Shown here: in pieces, positions 19,219 to 30,299 of the stretch
Numbering within the stretch: the first letter of the stretch is position 1
Layout of the letters: the number at the start of each line of letters is the position of its first letter
Source: Verrucomicrobiota bacterium
Lineage (GTDB): Bacteria; Verrucomicrobiota; Verrucomicrobiia; Opitutales; Seribacteraceae
Assembly: GCA_027622665.1 (NCBI GenBank)
Contig: JAQBYT010000001.1
Location: 160,001-224,000, forward strand
DNA: 64,000 nt
Reading direction: 5' to 3'
The notes under the pieces: generated by a model
Told to the model about the DNA's origin: nothing
Databases searched by the model: none
Seen by the model: only the letters and a program-made list of their open reading frames with translations
Position numbers and translations under genes: made by a program

Positions 19219-20700
19219 ATGGGTAAAGCCACTGGATTCATAGAATACGAACGCCGACCGATACCCGACCGGCCTCCTCTCGAACGCATCAAGGACTGGA
19301 ACGAAATCCACGAGCATTTTGAGGAGGATAAGATCGTTACTCAAGGTGCTCGCTGCATGGACTGCGGAACGCCCTACTGTCATACTGGGATTGTGCTAAA
19401 CAATATGGCAAGTGGATGTCCCATCAACAATCTAATCCCCGAGTGGAACGATCTCGTTTACAAGGGAAAATGGAGAGAAGCCCTTGACCGTCTTCACAAA
19501 ACGAACAATTTTCCCGAATTCACGGGTCGAGTCTGTCCTGCTCCTTGTGAAGGCTCCTGCGTGCTGGCTGTGATCGAGCCTCCCGTGGCGATCAAGAGTA
19601 TCGAGTGCGCCATCATCGATAAAGGCTTTGAGGAAGGCTGGGTAACACCCTGTCCACCCAAGATTCGAACTACAAAAAATGTAGCGGTTGTCGGATCCGG
19701 CCCTGCTGGTTTGGCTGCCGCCGATCAACTCAATAAGGCTGGGCACGCGGTCACCGTCTTCGAACGTGACGATCGAATTGGCGGACTCTTGATGTACGGT
19801 ATTCCAAACATGAAGCTCGAAAAATCTATCGTTCAGCGACGAGTGGATCTCATGGCTGCAGAAGGCATTGACTTCAAGACCTCCATAGAAATCGGTAAGG
19901 ATCTTCCTGCCAAGCAACTTACAGATGAGTTTGACTCCGTCGTGCTGTGCTGCGGCGCAACCAAACCCCGAGATCTTGCCGTCGAAGGTCGGGACCTCGA
20001 TGGCGTCCACTTTGCAATGCAGTTTCTTACTCGCAATACGCAAGGTCTCCTAGAGGCGAAGGATGCAACTGCTTTTGAGAAAGCAGCCAAAGGGAAGGAC
20101 GTCGTTGTCATTGGCGGCGGCGACACCGGGACCGACTGCGTGGGAACCTCTATGCGTCACGGTTGCAACAGCATCTCGCAGTTGGAAATCATGCCCAAGC
20201 CACCAGTCGAACGTGATGCAGGAAACCCTTGGCCTGAATGGCCTAAAGTTTACGCTCTCGACTATGGCCAAGAAGAAGCGAAGGCAGTTTTCGGTCAGGA
20301 TCCTCGGCAATATCTTGTTTCTACCAAAAAGTTTCTTGGCGATGACAACGGTGCTCTCCGGGGAATCCTGATCTGCGATATTCGATGGAAAGAAGAAAAC
20401 GGTCGCTTTGCTCCTCAGGAAATTCAGGGAAGTGAACGGGAAATCCCTGCCCAGCTCGCCTTTCTTGCTATGGGTTTTCTGGGTCCCGAAGACTCCATTG
20501 TAGAGGAACTCGATCTTGAGCGCGACAATCGCTCCAATGTGCGGGCGGATTATGGTAAATTTGAAACGAGCGTGGAAGGTGTATTTGCAGCAGGTGATAT
20601 GCGCCGTGGGCAATCCCTCGTAGTTTGGGCGATCAACGAGGGACGTGAAGCGGCGAGAGAATGCGACCGTTACCTCATGGGTGAAACTTCCCTTCCCTGA
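19219..20700 (+). CDS. gltD: Glutamate synthase small subunit
   Basis: [62 protein letters not shown]. Confidence 0.98.
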   Translation: MGKATGFIEYERRPIPDRPPLERIKDWNEIHEHFEEDKIVTQGARCMDCGTPYCHTGIVLNNMASGCPINNLIPEWNDLVYKGKWREALDRLHKTNNFPEFTGRVCPAPCEGSCVLAVIEPPVAIKSIECAIIDKGFEEGWVTPCPPKIRTTKNVAVVGSGPAGLAAADQLNKAGHAVTVFERDDRIGGLLMYGIPNMKLEKSIVQRRVDLMAAEGIDFKTSIEIGKDLPAKQLTDEFDSVVLCCGATKPRDLAVEGRDLDGVHFAMQFLTRNTQGLLEAKDATAFEKAAKGKDVVVIGGGDTGTDCVGTSMRHGCNSISQLEIMPKPPVERDAGNPWPEWPKVYALDYGQEEAKAVFGQDPRQYLVSTKKFLGDDNGALRGILICDIRWKEENGRFAPQEIQGSEREIPAQLAFLAMGFLGPEDSIVEELDLERDNRSNVRADYGKFETSVEGVFAAGDMRRGQSLVVWAINEGREAARECDRYLMGETSLP

Positions 20701-20713
20701 ACAATTATAGGTC

Positions 20714-21316
20714 ATGCAGGTTGTATGTCTTGACCTCGAAGGAGTGCTTGTTCCCGAAATTTGGATAGCATTTGCCGAAAAAGTAGGGGTAGAAGCTCTT
20801 AAGCGTACCACTCGAGACGAACCGGATTACGATGCGCTTATGCGTTACCGGTTAGATATTCTGGCCGAGCATGGTTTCACTCTGAATCAAATTCAAGAGG
20901 TGATTGAGACTTTAAGCCCTTTGCCAGGTGCAGTCGAATTTCTCGACAAACTTCGCTCGACCCACGAACTAGTCATTCTCTCGGACACTTTTCGTGAATT
21001 TGCTAACCCTCTCATGAAGCAGCTTGGATATCCCACGCTTTTTTGCCATGAACTCGAAGTCGAGGACGACGGAACCATCTCCGATTACTGCCTTCGGATC
21101 GCCGACCACAAGAGAAAGACCGTACAATATCTGCAAAAGCTTAACTTCGAAGTTATTGCCGGCGGCGACAGCTACAACGACCTCGGTATGCTGAAGACCG
21201 CCGAGCACTGTATTTTCTTTCGTCCGCCTCACTCTCTTGCCGCGGACTATCCAGAAGTTCCAATTGCTAAAGAACACCATGAACTTCTTAGCCTCATAGA
21301 AGACTGTTCATCATGA
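20714..21316 (+). CDS. thrH: Bifunctional phosphoserine phosphatase/homoserine phosphotransferase (HAD family)
   Basis: CLDLEGVLVPEIWI, TTRDEPDYDALM, ILSDTF, GDSYND. Confidence 0.93.
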   Translation: MQVVCLDLEGVLVPEIWIAFAEKVGVEALKRTTRDEPDYDALMRYRLDILAEHGFTLNQIQEVIETLSPLPGAVEFLDKLRSTHELVILSDTFREFANPLMKQLGYPTLFCHELEVEDDGTISDYCLRIADHKRKTVQYLQKLNFEVIAGGDSYNDLGMLKTAEHCIFFRPPHSLAADYPEVPIAKEHHELLSLIEDCSS

Positions 21317-21855
21317 TCACTATTATCGTTGGGACCAATCGCTCCGGAAGTGTTTCTGCTCAAGTTGCCGCCTTTGTCGCCAAAGTCTATGACGAACTTG
21401 GCATCAATAACCGTGTTCTGGACATTGCAGATCTACCACCCGAAACTTTTTCGCCGAACGCATATGTCGAAAAACCTCCTCGCGTCGTCGAGTTTACGGA
21501 GCAGATTCTTGCATCGTCCGGTCTTTTTGTCATTACCCCCGAATACAATGGAAGCATGTCCGGGGCGCTTAAGCTTTTCATCGACATGCTACCTTTCCCC
21601 GAAAGCTTTGAAGATCGTCCCGTCAGCTACATTGGAATTTCAGCTGGACAGTTCGGTGGCCTTCGCCCTGTCGAGCACTTGCAACAAGTGTTTGGCTATC
21701 GTAACGCCCTAAACTTTCCTCGCCGCGTTTTTATCCCTGACGTTGAGTCGGTCATGAAGCAATCGGGTGGATTAGGCGAAAGTGATTATGGAAAGCGAAT
21801 TCGTGAACAAGCCAAGAGTTTCGCTGAATACTGTAAAGCCCTTGGCAAACTATAA
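21313..21855 (+). CDS. NAD(P)H-dependent FMN reductase (flavodoxin-like)
   Basis: GTNRSGS, TPEYNGSMSGALKLFID, GQFGGLRPVEHL; ATGA overlap with thrH. Confidence 0.9.
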   Translation: MITIIVGTNRSGSVSAQVAAFVAKVYDELGINNRVLDIADLPPETFSPNAYVEKPPRVVEFTEQILASSGLFVITPEYNGSMSGALKLFIDMLPFPESFEDRPVSYIGISAGQFGGLRPVEHLQQVFGYRNALNFPRRVFIPDVESVMKQSGGLGESDYGKRIREQAKSFAEYCKALGKL

Positions 21856-21900
21856 TGTTTATTCTTTCACTCCTCCTTCAAAAAGAAAAAATCTACGGCT

Positions 21901-23103
21901 ATGTCACAATCACCTGCTGAAGATCGATATTCGCAACGCGGTGTTTCCTCGTCAAAGGCTGAGGTTCATGCAGTTGTGGACAAATTGGATCACGGTCTCT
22001 TCCCGGGAGCATTTTGCAAGGTTACCGAAGATTCGCTAACAGGAAATCCCGATTCTTGTTGCGTTATACATTCGGACGGCGCCGGCACAAAATCCATTCT
22101 TGGATACCTTCACTATCGAGAAACAGGTGATCCCGACGTCTTTCGGGGTATCGCTCAAGACAGCATCGTCATGAACGTAGACGATCTCGCATGCATCGGT
22201 GCCCTCGACCGCATCGTTATTTCGAGTACCGTAAACCGTAACGCCCGAAATTTCCCAGGGGACGCTCTCGCCGCTCTGATTGAGGGTACTGAAGAGTTTT
22301 TGGCAATGCTGCGTGATCTTGGCGTCCAAATAATTGGTGGAGGAGGGGAGACTGCCGACGTCGGCGACCTTACCGGTACCGTTGCCGTCGATTCCTGTGC
22401 CGTTGCCGTCATGCCTAGGTCTCAGGTATTGGATAACGCGAACATCCACTCCGGACTTGCCATTGTGGGACTCTCCTCCACCGGGCAAGCCACTTACGAG
22501 AATGTTGAAAACAGTGGCATAGGGAGTAACGGACTAACTAGTGCTCGTCACGAAATGCTTTCTCCCCACTATCGAGAGGCATATCCCGAAACCGTGGATT
22601 CCCACACCCCAACAGATCTAACTTACTGTGGCCCGTACCGTATGAACGATCCTCTTCCCGACTCTTCACTTACGGTGGGACAAGCTCTCTTGAGTCCTAC
22701 ACGAACCTACTTGCCCGTGGTCAAAGTCTTACTTGCCGAGATGAGATCAGCTATTTCCGGTCTCGTACATTGCTCGGGAGGTGGCCAGACAAAGTGCCTA
22801 CGCTTCGGCTCTGGCGTCAAGCATGTGAAGGACAACCTCTTTCCCATACCATCTCTTTTCCGCGAAATTCAACGGGCTTCAGGCACCACCGATCGGGAGA
22901 TGCATCGCGTCTACAACCTCGGTCATCGTTTCGAGGTTTTCTGTGAACCAAAGGCAGCCGACGACGTTATCGCCGTCGCCAATGGCTTCGGCATTGAAGC
23001 GAAAGTCGTGGGACATACCGAACCCACCGAACGTGAGGACGGAGCCAACCAACTCTTCATCCGTCGGGGCGAAACTGAACTTGCCTACGCCTTGGACGAG
23101 TGA
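21901..23103 (+). CDS. purM: Phosphoribosylformylglycinamidine cyclo-ligase (AIR synthase), Bacteroidetes/PVC type
   Basis: [50 protein letters not shown]. Confidence 0.9.
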   Translation: MSQSPAEDRYSQRGVSSSKAEVHAVVDKLDHGLFPGAFCKVTEDSLTGNPDSCCVIHSDGAGTKSILGYLHYRETGDPDVFRGIAQDSIVMNVDDLACIGALDRIVISSTVNRNARNFPGDALAALIEGTEEFLAMLRDLGVQIIGGGGETADVGDLTGTVAVDSCAVAVMPRSQVLDNANIHSGLAIVGLSSTGQATYENVENSGIGSNGLTSARHEMLSPHYREAYPETVDSHTPTDLTYCGPYRMNDPLPDSSLTVGQALLSPTRTYLPVVKVLLAEMRSAISGLVHCSGGGQTKCLRFGSGVKHVKDNLFPIPSLFREIQRASGTTDREMHRVYNLGHRFEVFCEPKAADDVIAVANGFGIEAKVVGHTEPTEREDGANQLFIRRGETELAYALDE

Positions 23104-23936
23104 ATCCCCATGTCATGAGCCTTCATAACGCCCATGCAGCTATTACTTCCCGTTGGCCGGAAGCAAAACCGCGACATGCCATGGTTTGTGGCTCCGGGTG
23201 GGGTGGAGTCGGCGAATCCTTTTCCGTTCTTGGAACAATACCTTACGGCGAAATTCCCATCTTGGGAGCTTCCACTGTAGAAGGTCACGCGGGACAGTTG
23301 CTGCTCGCCGAAGTCGCGGGAACGGAAATCCTTATTTTTCAGGGCCGTCGCCACTTCTATGAAGGTGAGGGATGGGAACCTGTCGTTGCTCCTGTCCGGA
23401 TCGCCAAAAGCCTTGGCGTTAAAACGCTGCTTCTAACCAATGCCGCCGGCGGCATCAATGAAACCTTTGCCCCTGGCAACCTAATGGTCGTGACCGATCA
23501 CATCAACCTGATGGCAGGCAATCCTCTCATAGGTCCTCACGACCCTTTTCTCGGACCTCGTTTCCCCGACCAGACTCTGGTCTACGATTCTTCCCTTCGC
23601 GAAAAACTCCTCGCAGCCGGCGAGGAAGCAGACTCGCCTCCGCAACAAGGCGTTTATCTTGCTCTCTCGGGACCCGCCTTTGAAACTCCTGCCGAAATTC
23701 GCGCTTTTGGCAAGCTGGGCGCAGATGCCGTGGGCATGTCTACCGTACCCGAGGCCATGGTGGCAAACGCCGCCGGTCTCCGAGTGGCGGCGCTGTCCTG
23801 CATCAGCAACTTAGCGGCCGGCATTTCCAGTCAACCTCTCTCTCACGAAGAAGTTAACGAAACCGCCCAATTGGCTATGCCTCGCATGAGGCAGTTGGTG
23901 GCGGCTTACTTTGAGAAAATCTGTGAGAAGGATTAG
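23100..23936 (+). CDS. punA: Purine-nucleoside phosphorylase (trimeric PNP family)
   Basis: [56 protein letters not shown]. Confidence 0.92.
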   Translation: MNPHVMSLHNAHAAITSRWPEAKPRHAMVCGSGWGGVGESFSVLGTIPYGEIPILGASTVEGHAGQLLLAEVAGTEILIFQGRRHFYEGEGWEPVVAPVRIAKSLGVKTLLLTNAAGGINETFAPGNLMVVTDHINLMAGNPLIGPHDPFLGPRFPDQTLVYDSSLREKLLAAGEEADSPPQQGVYLALSGPAFETPAEIRAFGKLGADAVGMSTVPEAMVANAAGLRVAALSCISNLAAGISSQPLSHEEVNETAQLAMPRMRQLVAAYFEKICEKD

Positions 23937-25735
23937 TTTTCCTTCTCCGTCTCCGCCTCCTCCTCAACTTTGGGCGAGGAGGCAGGAATTTTGTCCGGAA
24001 TCGCTTCCGCTTGCAAAGCCGCCTTTTCGCTTTCGAAGTAGTCGACGCCCGCCTTGATGGTCTTCAGGGGAATCTTCACGTCGGTGGAGAACCGTCCGTC
24101 ACCAACGCTGATCGAACCGGTGACGGGGGCGAAGTCCAGTTTGCTGATGCCTTCCACAATCCGTTTCGTGGATTCCTCATCTAGTAGCGTATCGCCCATG
24201 CTTCCAATAATGAGCTTTGCATATTTGCCGACATCCATGCTCCAGCGGGCCATTTGCCCGGGTTCGAGTTTGAGATTTTCGGCAAGACTGTTTTCCACGG
24301 GCGTCCCCGCCTTTAAGGTTCGGAGGAGCCCGCCAAGCTGCTCTTTGTCCATAGCAACGACGTAATGACCGTTCGTAACGGCATACAAGTAAGTCATGTT
24401 CGAGTAGGGTAAGCCAGCGGGGAAAAGCGAGGGGTCGGCTTCTTCGACATCCATCTTCATCGAAAAACGGTGCGTCGGAATACCTTCGACCGGCTCCCCT
24501 TTCTCAAAGTTGAATTCATACTTCACCCCCAGGCTTTTCAAGAAATCGATTTTCTCGAACATGTCTTGGGTTAGCTTCATGTAATCGGTGAACATTTTAC
24601 CAATTTCCTCGGAAGACGCCTTAGAGGAACCGACTTGAACAATGTTCATGGCGGCTGGTTTCGCTGAAAAATCGTACCGAATCGCCGTTTGTCCGCCATA
24701 GAGCTTGGCCAAGTCGGCGATGAGGACCTCGTACCGTTCGAGCAATTCCTTGAACTCACCTTGGAAGAGTGGGGTAACCTTACCGAGAATATGCTCAATG
24801 TATTCAATGTAGCTCACCATGTCTAAGTTCGTCACGACATCGATCAGGCCGCCGGACTCGACGTATTTCGCCACCGTCACTTCACCACCGTCGCCTTTGG
24901 AGGAAAAGAGCGCCGACAAGGCCGAACCATCTTTGGCCGACAAGGTGGAGCGAGCGAGGATTTCCTCGGTCGAGAGGAGTAGGTTGATTTTCGCGGAATC
25001 GAGAGTGGCGACCTCGTCGAGGGAAATGCCGATCAATTTCCCAAAACTTGCCTTGGTGTCGTCATCTAACGGGGATGCGGCAAGTCCACCCTCCGCCAAA
25101 GCTTTGATCTTAGGCATTTCCGCCCAAACCGGAGCAAAACGGATTCCCGCCTCCAAATCGCCTTCGGGAGCCTGTTCCGCAAAAGAGATTAGGGGAGACC
25201 AATCCTTCACCTGAGAAAGCAATTCGGGTGCCCTCGTGGCGAGGGTCCAACCATCTTGGTCGACCATCACAAGCTTGAAGTTCTCGGCCTGCTTGCGAAT
25301 GGGGCTGTCCTTGCTCAATTTCACGGCAAGAACGAATGTGGGGTCGCCCCCGAACTCATCGAAAACAAATAAGGTCATGGATGCATTCGCATCGATGGAG
25401 GCGAGACTCAAGTCGCCCAAGACCATACCGGCCAATGCCGGGAGCATGGCGATTTGCGGATCCGGCTTCACCGCTTGTGCCACCGCAACGGCCTTCAGCA
25501 AGAGTTTTGGCAATGCGATGGTCTTCAGATACGCGAAAGGTTGCGTTTCCGCACCCGTCAGTTCGATAGTGGGCACAAGGGGTGAAAGCTTGGGCGGCTT
25601 GGCGGCAATATTGGTCGTAGAGGTTTCGACAGCAGATGAACTGTTGGCATCATTGACTGGAGAGGAGGATTCGCCACCGCAACCGGAAAAGAAGAAGGGG
25701 GCTACAAGACCGAGAAGGAGAGGGAAGTTTTTCAT
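23933..25735 (-). CDS. Hypothetical lipoprotein
   Basis: MKNFPLLLGLVAPFFFSGC lipobox at ATG 25735 (track start overextended); long ORF with no catalytic motif recognised. Confidence 0.75.
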   Translation of the reverse strand: MKNFPLLLGLVAPFFFSGCGGESSSPVNDANSSSAVETSTTNIAAKPPKLSPLVPTIELTGAETQPFAYLKTIALPKLLLKAVAVAQAVKPDPQIAMLPALAGMVLGDLSLASIDANASMTLFVFDEFGGDPTFVLAVKLSKDSPIRKQAENFKLVMVDQDGWTLATRAPELLSQVKDWSPLISFAEQAPEGDLEAGIRFAPVWAEMPKIKALAEGGLAASPLDDDTKASFGKLIGISLDEVATLDSAKINLLLSTEEILARSTLSAKDGSALSALFSSKGDGGEVTVAKYVESGGLIDVVTNLDMVSYIEYIEHILGKVTPLFQGEFKELLERYEVLIADLAKLYGGQTAIRYDFSAKPAAMNIVQVGSSKASSEEIGKMFTDYMKLTQDMFEKIDFLKSLGVKYEFNFEKGEPVEGIPTHRFSMKMDVEEADPSLFPAGLPYSNMTYLYAVTNGHYVVAMDKEQLGGLLRTLKAGTPVENSLAENLKLEPGQMARWSMDVGKYAKLIIGSMGDTLLDEESTKRIVEGISKLDFAPVTGSISVGDGRFSTDVKIPLKTIKAGVDYFESEKAALQAEAIPDKIPASSPKVEEEAETEKEN

Positions 25736-25800
25736 GTGGGATTGGACTGGTTGTTTTAAAAAAACAGAACCGATAATTGTGGGATATAATTGATGGAAGG

Positions 25801-26217
25801 TCAAAGAAAACGATCGGTCTCACCAGAGTGGGGTAGGGAACATGAGTCCATCTTGCCGAACCAACGGTATCGATTGCGGGCTATCCATTTGTAGATTAGG
25901 TCGCGAATTGGTCGCGGTATAAGCAGAAACACTGTCGCCGCATACCAAGGGAATCTCAAGTGCCTACAAGCTCTCAGGAAAGCGGATGAATTGAGATGGG
26001 AGTTTTCACCTTCAACGAAGACGATGCTGGAGAGATGGTCATCGGGCAACCCGTACTTCTCGAGGATACACCGACCGGATTCGGATTGCAGGGAAGCAAA
26101 ACGTAGCCGCTGCCTCCGATCGTGTTTTATAAAGAAGCGAACGGCGCCGTTACATAGGTTACAGACCCCATCGAACAGAATTACCAAATTCTGCTCCTTG
26201 TCCTGATTTTGCCTCAT
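25801..26217 (-). CDS. DCC-family thiol-disulfide oxidoreductase (YuxK/DUF393)
   Basis: ILFDGVCNLC, FASLQS, RDLIYKWIARNRYRWFGK..SC. Confidence 0.92.
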   Translation of the reverse strand: MRQNQDKEQNLVILFDGVCNLCNGAVRFFIKHDRRQRLRFASLQSESGRCILEKYGLPDDHLSSIVFVEGENSHLNSSAFLRACRHLRFPWYAATVFLLIPRPIRDLIYKWIARNRYRWFGKMDSCSLPHSGETDRFL

Positions 26218-26325
26218 TCAACAAATGAATGAACTTGGTTATCGGCGTTGTCCAACCGATTCCCGTCGAAGTGTCTTGCTTCTAACCCTTCTCCACGCAA
26301 CCTGTAATCCCGTATAAAAGCGATT

Positions 26326-26745
26326 ATGAATCACCACAAACTAGAAGAGGGCAGCCAGTTGGCCCTCGACTTCACAAAACTCAAGAAGGTTGCCGAGTGT
26401 GACGAAGGTCTCGTGCCTGCCGTCGCCCAGAACGCGGATACGGGAGAGGTTTTGATTGTTGGTTATGCAAATAAACTAGCCCTTGAGACAACTCTCGACC
26501 AAGGAATGGCCACCTTCTGGAGCACCAGCCGCAACGAACTATGGATCAAGGGCAAGACCTCGGGAGACTTCTTGGAAATCGTGGAAGTCTGCGTTAACTG
26601 CGAGCAAAACTCACTCCTATACCGAGTTCGACCCAAAGGAGCGGGTGCTTGTCATACCTCGGGGGCAAACGGCAGCGCTAGATCGGGTTGCTACTATCGT
26701 GTTCTGCGGGATGGCTCGCTTTCTTTTCGCGAAGGCATGGAATAA
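26326..26745 (+). CDS. hisI: Phosphoribosyl-AMP cyclohydrolase
   Basis: GLVPAVAQ, FWSTSRNELWIKGKTSG, NCEQNSLL, GACHT...CYYR. Confidence 0.92.
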   Translation: MNHHKLEEGSQLALDFTKLKKVAECDEGLVPAVAQNADTGEVLIVGYANKLALETTLDQGMATFWSTSRNELWIKGKTSGDFLEIVEVCVNCEQNSLLYRVRPKGAGACHTSGANGSARSGCYYRVLRDGSLSFREGME

Positions 26746-26754
26746 CGGTCCGAC

Positions 26755-27825
26755 TTACTTTTTCCCCAGCAGTTGGCTTTCCAAGAACTTTCGAACTCGG
26801 CTGTCAACTTCGGCGCCTCCTAACCCGTGGCCCATCCCTTCCATCCCAAGGAAGTCGCTTTTTACGCCGGCTTTCCGTAACGCCGCATGAAAGATTTCAG
26901 CTTGATTGAAAGGTACCAACGGATCATCGGTTCCGTGTACGATTAGGATTGGGGCGTCGTCCCTGGTTACATAAGTGACGGGGGAGGCGTTATCGGCCAA
27001 CTTTTTGTTTTCCTGAATGGCACCACCAACAAGTTGGCTTTCCGGGGAATTAGGCGAGTCATGATCGATTTTGCTTGGGAACTTCCCCATCGAGAGGAGA
27101 TGCGTGGGACCACAAAAGTCGACCACGCAGTTAACGCGACTGTCCTCGACGAGATGTTTGCCGAGTTTGCCCTCGAGGCTTTTCACCTCTCCGCTAACGC
27201 CCATCATGGCTACAAGGTGACCGCCCGCGGAATTACCCCAAACGGCCAAACGAAGGGGATCAAAACCATATTCCTTCGCGTTTCCCTTTAGCCAACGGAT
27301 AGCCGCTTTGCAGTCATGAATCTGACTGGGCCAGATCGATTCCCCACTCAAACGGTAATTTATCGCAGCGGCCGCAAAAGAGCCTGTGTTCAAATACGGT
27401 GCCAATTTGCCGATCACACTCTCCTTGCTACCGTTTTTCCAACCTCCCCCGTGGATGTAGACGATAATGGGCAAGCTCTCGTCTTTCGTTCGATCTTTTG
27501 GAAGAAAGAGATCGAGGGTCTGCCGTGGGTTGTCGGTACCCGCGTAGGACAGGTTGCGGAAAGCTTGAACACCCTCAGGCAGTGGTCGCGGTTGCCTTGG
27601 ATCTCGCGAGCGTTTGACGAAGGCTTCGTGCTCGTCCGGTGAAATGCTTCCGTCCTGGTTGCGGTCGACTCGCTTAAAGTTCGGTCGGGCGTTTTGGGGT
27701 AATTCCCCAATCGACAGTTTACCGTTCTTATCCTTGTCCCATTGATCGAAGGTTTGCTTAGGTGTTCTCGCGGTCAAACAGGACCCAACTAAGGTAAGGA
27801 AGAAGAGAGTGAGGATGGTTTTCAT
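26755..27825 (-). CDS. Secreted alpha/beta-hydrolase (HSL/BD-FAE-like esterase) with N-terminal EF-hand pair
   Basis: Signal peptide; DKDKNGKLSIGE and DRNQDGSISPDE EF hands; HGGGW, GNSAGG, HGTDDPLVP, GMGH. Confidence 0.9.
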   Translation of the reverse strand: MKTILTLFFLTLVGSCLTARTPKQTFDQWDKDKNGKLSIGELPQNARPNFKRVDRNQDGSISPDEHEAFVKRSRDPRQPRPLPEGVQAFRNLSYAGTDNPRQTLDLFLPKDRTKDESLPIIVYIHGGGWKNGSKESVIGKLAPYLNTGSFAAAAINYRLSGESIWPSQIHDCKAAIRWLKGNAKEYGFDPLRLAVWGNSAGGHLVAMMGVSGEVKSLEGKLGKHLVEDSRVNCVVDFCGPTHLLSMGKFPSKIDHDSPNSPESQLVGGAIQENKKLADNASPVTYVTRDDAPILIVHGTDDPLVPFNQAEIFHAALRKAGVKSDFLGMEGMGHGLGGAEVDSRVRKFLESQLLGKK

Positions 27826-27903
27826 TTTGGAAAGGTTGTAGGCCAGAAAAGTAACCCCCCGACACTTCGCTTACTTCACGTGAAATTCAAAGTTGCTGTC
27901 ACT

Positions 27904-27926
27904 AAAAGAAAACAAATCGTTTTCTT
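27904..27926 (-). terminator. Possible intrinsic terminator after 27935..30199
   Basis: Minus strand AAGAAAAC-gattt-GTTTTCTT followed by TT; weak stem. Confidence 0.3.
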
Positions 27927-27934
27927 GAGCCGAG

Positions 27935-30199
27935 TTAATTTACAACATGTACGGTGTTCCAAATCTTGGTAACGATCTCTTCTCCATCCACGGTCTCGAT
28001 GTCTATGTCGATTTCCATTTGGTGTGCAGGACCGATGGTCGGGACTTCGAGAAAAACAGTTTTACCGTCTCCTAATAATTTGGCTGCCTTCACCTCGTAT
28101 GTCTTTTTGTCTTGGTCGCCAGAGCCATAGCCATGAGTCCATCGGATATTTGACGAACGGATCGAGTAACTTGTTCGATCCTCGGCCAATTCTTTGTCTA
28201 GCTTTGCCGTGAAGTCTATCTCGATACCGTTACTTTTTATTCTAAGCCCTTTCGGCATGGCCACCATTTTGCCCGTGAACCGAACGCGATCGAGCCCCCC
28301 TTGCTTGCCGGCATTTGTCTGCCAACCCTTTAGCCCTGAGACGTACAACTGCCCATCATGTGGATTAAAGCGACCTCTCATACAACTGGAGGAAAAGCGA
28401 AGGGGGAACTTCACCACTCCTCCCTGCATTTGACCGCCCTTGTCCTCCTTTAGGACCAGATACAGGGCGCTGCGACCATATGACATATGCAGTAATTCCT
28501 TGTCGAAGGGCCCCCAACGGTCACTTGTAACCCAAACCTGCCCACCTCCGGAGTTATCCACTGCCTTGGGCAACCAAGCCAAAGGCTTTGGTGCCTCGGT
28601 CGGATCAAGATGCTGCGGTCGCCCATTGGATCGTTCCCCAACAGTGGGCGTGGTTTTGAATTTATCATAGTTGGCGGCCACATCGACCACGCCATGAAAA
28701 CTTCCTGGCTTCATCCAATTGATGGGAGAACGTGGTACGAAGGTTCCTTCGTTGTCACCGCTGGTCACTTGACCGTCAGGACTCACTCCCATGCCGTTGG
28801 GTGCTCGCAGGCCAGTAGCGTAGCGTTCGAGTCGACTGCCGTCCTTGGAGATCTTTATGATCGAGCCATGGTGCCGGCCAAGGCGCTCGAAGCTTCGGCC
28901 ACCCGAACGAACCGGGCTACCGAAGGCGAAATAGAAATTACCCACCTTGTCGGTGTGTAGGTCGAAGCAGAAGGCGTGGAAACCGCTGGTCAAGTCCCAG
29001 TCGTTGTTAAAGTTTTCATAGAAATCAGCTTCGTCGTCACCGTTGAAATCGTGAAAGCGAGTAATCTGGTCGTCGGCCACGGTATATATGACATCGTCCA
29101 CAATCTTGAGCCCCAAGGGTTCGTGTAGTCCTGCGGCAAAACGTTTCCATTCCAAATTCTCCAGTTTTTCGTCGATATTGCGGACCAACCAAACATCACC
29201 GTCCCATGTTGATAAAGCTGCGCTCTTTCCATCTTTAAAGAAATCGAAGCCACCGATGCGCATTTGCATGCCGTAGGGATTGTTAAAGGGCACCGTGAGT
29301 CGATCGATCACATATGCCTTGTCCTCCTTGGAGACTTCTCCCTTTGTTTTGACAGTCTCTTTCCAGCGAGTGCCGCCGCCCTTGGTCAATGCCAACAAGT
29401 CCTCGGGCTTGGTGGAGATCTTCTTCAGATCTTCTACATTGCCCTTGCCATAAAGGACTTGAAAAGTCGTTACGCCCTTGTTCCCTGGCAAGTGAAGAAG
29501 ATTCAAGCCGTCTTTGATCTCCTGCTTGGCTCCCTCGGGAACATGTGCCGTGGTAACGATTTCGCCATCTCTGGCGTCGGAGAGGACAAGGGTTTTGTCC
29601 TTACCGTCTCCCGCAATACGGATTGTTCTTATGATAGCCGAAAGACCGTCTTTTTCCACCAAAGTAGGTGATTCCAACACCTTTGCCCCGCCCACAGTAT
29701 ATTTGAGAACTACCCGATTTCCATGAACGTAAAGGCCACCGAACTTTGCCCAATCTCGAGGCAAGGGGCCTAAAGGCGAGTATTTGCCTTCTCTTGGGTC
29801 AGCCAGTTCGCCTTTAGGCGACGCCCATCCGGGTCGGGCCTGTGTAACGAACAATTTCTCCCCGCCGTGCGAAGGGAAGCTTCCGTGTCCTCCCGTGAAA
29901 GGTAGACCATCCAATTTCAATCCACCCGTGGTCCAACCCGCTGACATACGCAAAGTATCGCCATCAAAGACTGCGCAGGCATTACCTGATTCATTCAGGC
30001 GTACGACGATTCCTCGATAAGAGACGTTGTCTCCCTTGGCGTCGCGACCCACATTAACAGCGGTACCCACCCATGACCCATACTTACTGGGCACGGCGTC
30101 AAGTTCCGTAAGGACATTGAATCCAGAAATGATTCCCATGAGGATGGTTCCCGTCAGGAGGTTTTGGATGAGGTAAACAGTGGATTGTATGGATTTCAT
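27935..30199 (-). CDS. PVC-type protein: DUF6797-like N-terminal domain plus glucose/sorbosone-dehydrogenase-like beta-propeller
   Basis: RGIVVRL...VFDGDTLRMSAGW; GPLPRDWAKFGGLYVHG; WKRFAAGLHEPLGL; DFNGDDEADFYE; YATGLRAPNGMG; RFNPHDGQLYVSGLKGWQT. Confidence 0.75.
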   Translation of the reverse strand: MKSIQSTVYLIQNLLTGTILMGIISGFNVLTELDAVPSKYGSWVGTAVNVGRDAKGDNVSYRGIVVRLNESGNACAVFDGDTLRMSAGWTTGGLKLDGLPFTGGHGSFPSHGGEKLFVTQARPGWASPKGELADPREGKYSPLGPLPRDWAKFGGLYVHGNRVVLKYTVGGAKVLESPTLVEKDGLSAIIRTIRIAGDGKDKTLVLSDARDGEIVTTAHVPEGAKQEIKDGLNLLHLPGNKGVTTFQVLYGKGNVEDLKKISTKPEDLLALTKGGGTRWKETVKTKGEVSKEDKAYVIDRLTVPFNNPYGMQMRIGGFDFFKDGKSAALSTWDGDVWLVRNIDEKLENLEWKRFAAGLHEPLGLKIVDDVIYTVADDQITRFHDFNGDDEADFYENFNNDWDLTSGFHAFCFDLHTDKVGNFYFAFGSPVRSGGRSFERLGRHHGSIIKISKDGSRLERYATGLRAPNGMGVSPDGQVTSGDNEGTFVPRSPINWMKPGSFHGVVDVAANYDKFKTTPTVGERSNGRPQHLDPTEAPKPLAWLPKAVDNSGGGQVWVTSDRWGPFDKELLHMSYGRSALYLVLKEDKGGQMQGGVVKFPLRFSSSCMRGRFNPHDGQLYVSGLKGWQTNAGKQGGLDRVRFTGKMVAMPKGLRIKSNGIEIDFTAKLDKELAEDRTSYSIRSSNIRWTHGYGSGDQDKKTYEVKAAKLLGDGKTVFLEVPTIGPAHQMEIDIDIETVDGEEIVTKIWNTVHVVN
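29584..29658. repeat. 75-bp diverged direct repeat, copy A (inside the DUF6797-like gene)
   Basis: Aligns without gaps to 36276..36350; 65/75 identical by manual count. Confidence 0.9.
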
Positions 30200-30299
30200 A
30201 ATATGTATTCGAGTATGCTCTCTCTCCCTTAGAATCCGTCAACGCGAAAGGCTGACTAGGGTGAAAAAACCACCCTCGAGAACCTAACACTTTTAGTAG

